Shown piece by piece: positions 61,331 to 64,000 of a stretch of 64,000 nucleotides of DNA. The notes beneath the pieces are model-generated. The model saw only the letters and a program-made list of their open reading frames with translations. It ran no database searches and had not been told where the DNA came from. Made by a program: the position numbers and the translations under genes. The DNA is from Lama guanicoe (lineage: Eukaryota). The DNA is taken from assembly GCA_013239625.1 (NCBI GenBank), contig MU056905.1, positions 21,003,552 to 21,067,551 on the forward strand, given 5' to 3'. Every line of letters starts with the position of its first letter. The first letter of the stretch is position 1.

Positions 61331-61519
61331 TCTTTTCCTTGTACGTTCATAGAGTCACCTCGGGTAGGACTTGTCATAGGACTTATTTTTGTCATTTCTG
61401 CCACTAAGCATGTTTCCCGCCACCCTTTTCTCCCCTACCCACCCCTTCCCTTTGGCTATTGATAACAACTTGGACTGGGGCAGTGGCGTCAAAAAAGACT
61501 TGGAGGCGGCTGAGTATTT

Positions 61520-62639
61520 TCATTTGTAAAAAAAGAAAAAAGTTTTATTACGAAACTAGTTTGTATAAAACAGGGTTATACATGGGTTTTTTTTTGTAAG
61601 TTTGTAATAAAACAGTAAGAAAAAAAAAGGCAGTGATAGAAATTTCCCAAAAGGCAACCCATCAAAACCAACTGGCTGCCACTTTGCGTTTGGACAGTAG
61701 CTGCATAAACTTTGTTCTTCTTGAACAGTATTTAATAACATCATTAATACATTAACAGGGTTTCTATAAAGTAAGACACATCGGTGCTGAAGTACGTCTG
61801 GTGGCCTTTTGATCTCACCTATGAGGAGAGTTCTTTACAAAACCACATAGGGGAAATGGCAGTTGTAAGGTGAACTACAAATCTAAAATATGCAGAGGTA
61901 ATAGCATTACATGTTAAAGTATCAAGATATACACATTTTAAACCATTTATACAAAACTCTATAAATTTTTTCTCTCTTTCTCTCTTATGTACAAAAATAT
62001 CTTAATATATCCCCAAACTGGTTAGAATAGATACAAATAAATTTTTCTTATAATAAAAAAAATCACAAAAAAATTGGAAGCATTCTATGATGAAAACGGT
62101 AGAAAAGATGGTGTGAGGGAGTGGAGCTTGGGGAGGGAGCCCCCAGAGGATCAGGGTTTCAAAGGACTGAGTATAGCATAATGTCATTGCAGACAAATGT
62201 CCACAGCTTATTGGAATAGGGGATACAGAGAGGAAAGACATCAACCCATTTCTAGAGCGCTAAGAATGTGCTTTCAGAGAGGGTGGGAGATGAATGCACT
62301 CCCAGCAAGCACTTTCAGCTCTGCCTGTTAGTGGTGGGTGGGAGTTTCTACAGGGCCTGTGCTGCTCCCTTCTGCCAGGAGCCCACTACTTTTGTACACA
62401 AGCTGCATTTTGTGCATTGACTCAGGTCCTAGTCACTCTATCAACTTGAATGATTGGAGTGCAAATACACTGTTCTGAGTGCATCCCTGTTTTGTGAGAG
62501 TCTTGCTTCTCAGGCATGCGACGCTTAGCTGGTCTAGGGGTTGGTTGCCTGAATTTGTTTGTTTTCTTCTTTTCTTCTTTTTTCACCCTTCCAACACCGC
62601 TGACAGGAAAACACTAAAGATGCAGGTTCTGCGATGGCC
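61520..62639 (-). other. ASCL1: ASCL1 exon 2 (entirely 3' UTR)
   Basis: Begins at the acceptor; sequence resembles the human ASCL1 3' UTR as I recall it (GCATCTTTAGTG...ACAAACTAGTTTCGTAATAAAACTTT); ends shortly after AATAAA. Confidence 0.88.
61544..61549 (-). terminator. ASCL1: ASCL1 polyadenylation signal AATAAA
   Basis: TTTATT on + strand at the end of the conserved-looking UTR, followed on the sense strand by a U-rich stretch. Confidence 0.85.
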
Positions 62640-62991
62640 CTATAACATAAGAACAGGAGAGGTTAGTGTGAACTTGGAGGCAAGTGGTGGGAGGAAATGG
62701 AGATTTGGGGGAGGATCTGTCAGGTAGCATGCCTCTTTTGACAGGTCCTAGTACTAAGTCCTCCAGCATCTCCGCACTTCACCTCTACCTTTCCAGTCCT
62801 TGGAGACTGGGGCAAAGCAACTCTCAGAAGCCAAGGCTGAAAGTAACACACCAGATCTGAAACTGACAAACTTGAACAAATACTTTAAAATCAACCTCCC
62901 TCCCTCATCTCCGTGGAGATAGTCCCCCTCCTCAAGAAGAAAAAGGATGAAGGCAAGAAAATCCCCCTGTTCACTCCCAAATGCAGCCTAC
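62640..62991 (-). other. ASCL1: ASCL1 intron within the 3' UTR (352 nt)
   Basis: Minus-strand donor GCAG|GTAGGC (GT at 62991-62990), branch point CACTAAC (62662-62668), pyrimidine tract and TTATAG|GG acceptor (AG at 62641-62640); matches the two-exon structure known for ASCL1. Confidence 0.9.
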
Positions 62992-63038
62992 CTGCTTCCA
63001 TCGTCCATTCACACCAGGGCCTGATCAGGCCGAGCCCC

Positions 63039-63728
<690 letters not shown>

Positions 63729-63766
63729 NNNNNNNNNNNNNNNNNNNNNNNNNNNNNNNNNNNNNN

Positions 63767-64000
63767 CGGGGACGCGAGGTGCGGGGCGCGCACGAGGGGG
63801 GACACAGACAGGACTGGGGTGCACGAACAGAGAGGGAAAGAAGGGAAGAGATAAAGCAGGAGCCCGAAGGGAAGTAAAAAATATACAAAATCCCCGGGAG
63901 ACTTATTAGGGTGAGAGCAAGGAAGGTGCAAATGCCTTTCCTCCTCCCTCCACTCCTCCTCCCTCCCCTCCTCCCTTCGCGGGTTGGCTTCAGGAGCCTC
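63767..64000 (-). other. ASCL1: ASCL1 5' UTR portion of exon 1 (TSS probably beyond the window)
   Basis: GC/CpG-rich sequence directly upstream of the masked start codon. Confidence 0.75.

Noticed and set aside
1-61500. Exons of neighbouring protein-coding genes (PAH, C12orf42)
   Set aside because: No recognisable coding sequence; by human synteny PAH lies on the 5' side of ASCL1, beyond the right edge
534-62727. The many 60-230 aa ORFs in the six-frame track outside ASCL1
   Set aside because: They lie in decayed repeats or microsatellites, or are open only because N runs contain no stops; none resembles a known protein or shows exon structure

Overview
Mammalian genomic DNA, almost certainly camelid (alpaca/camel group), judged from two tRNA-derived camelid-type SINEs. 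The only protein-coding gene is ASCL1 (achaete-scute bHLH factor 1) on the minus strand at the right end: single coding exon (stop at 63039-63041, start hidden in an N block), one intron entirely in the 3' UTR (62640-62991) and AATAAA at 61544-61549. The remaining ~61 kb is the gene desert 3' of ASCL1. It is mostly old L2, MIR, L1M, MaLR/ERVL LTR and hAT DNA-transposon relics, interrupted by repeat-free islands rich in neural transcription factor motifs. Twelve N blocks (132-341 nt) look like length-preserving masks rather than assembly gaps: the one over the ASCL1 basic region replaces exactly the 48 codons expected. Eight sit in non-repetitive non-coding islands, which are my best candidates for a distal 3' enhancer archipelago of ASCL1 with recurring PBX-HOX, MEIS, POU, SOX and E-box motifs. 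Other points of interest are a (CG)10(TG)n Z-DNA former just past the poly(A) site, a 3'-UTR intron 47 nt after the stop (just inside the NMD-escape distance), an ancient MamSINE1 beside a CTCF-like site, and several local rearrangement scars. I found no prokaryotic-type system and no evidence for a wholly new gene. Repeat family names were assigned by eye from remembered consensus sequences and boundaries are approximate.
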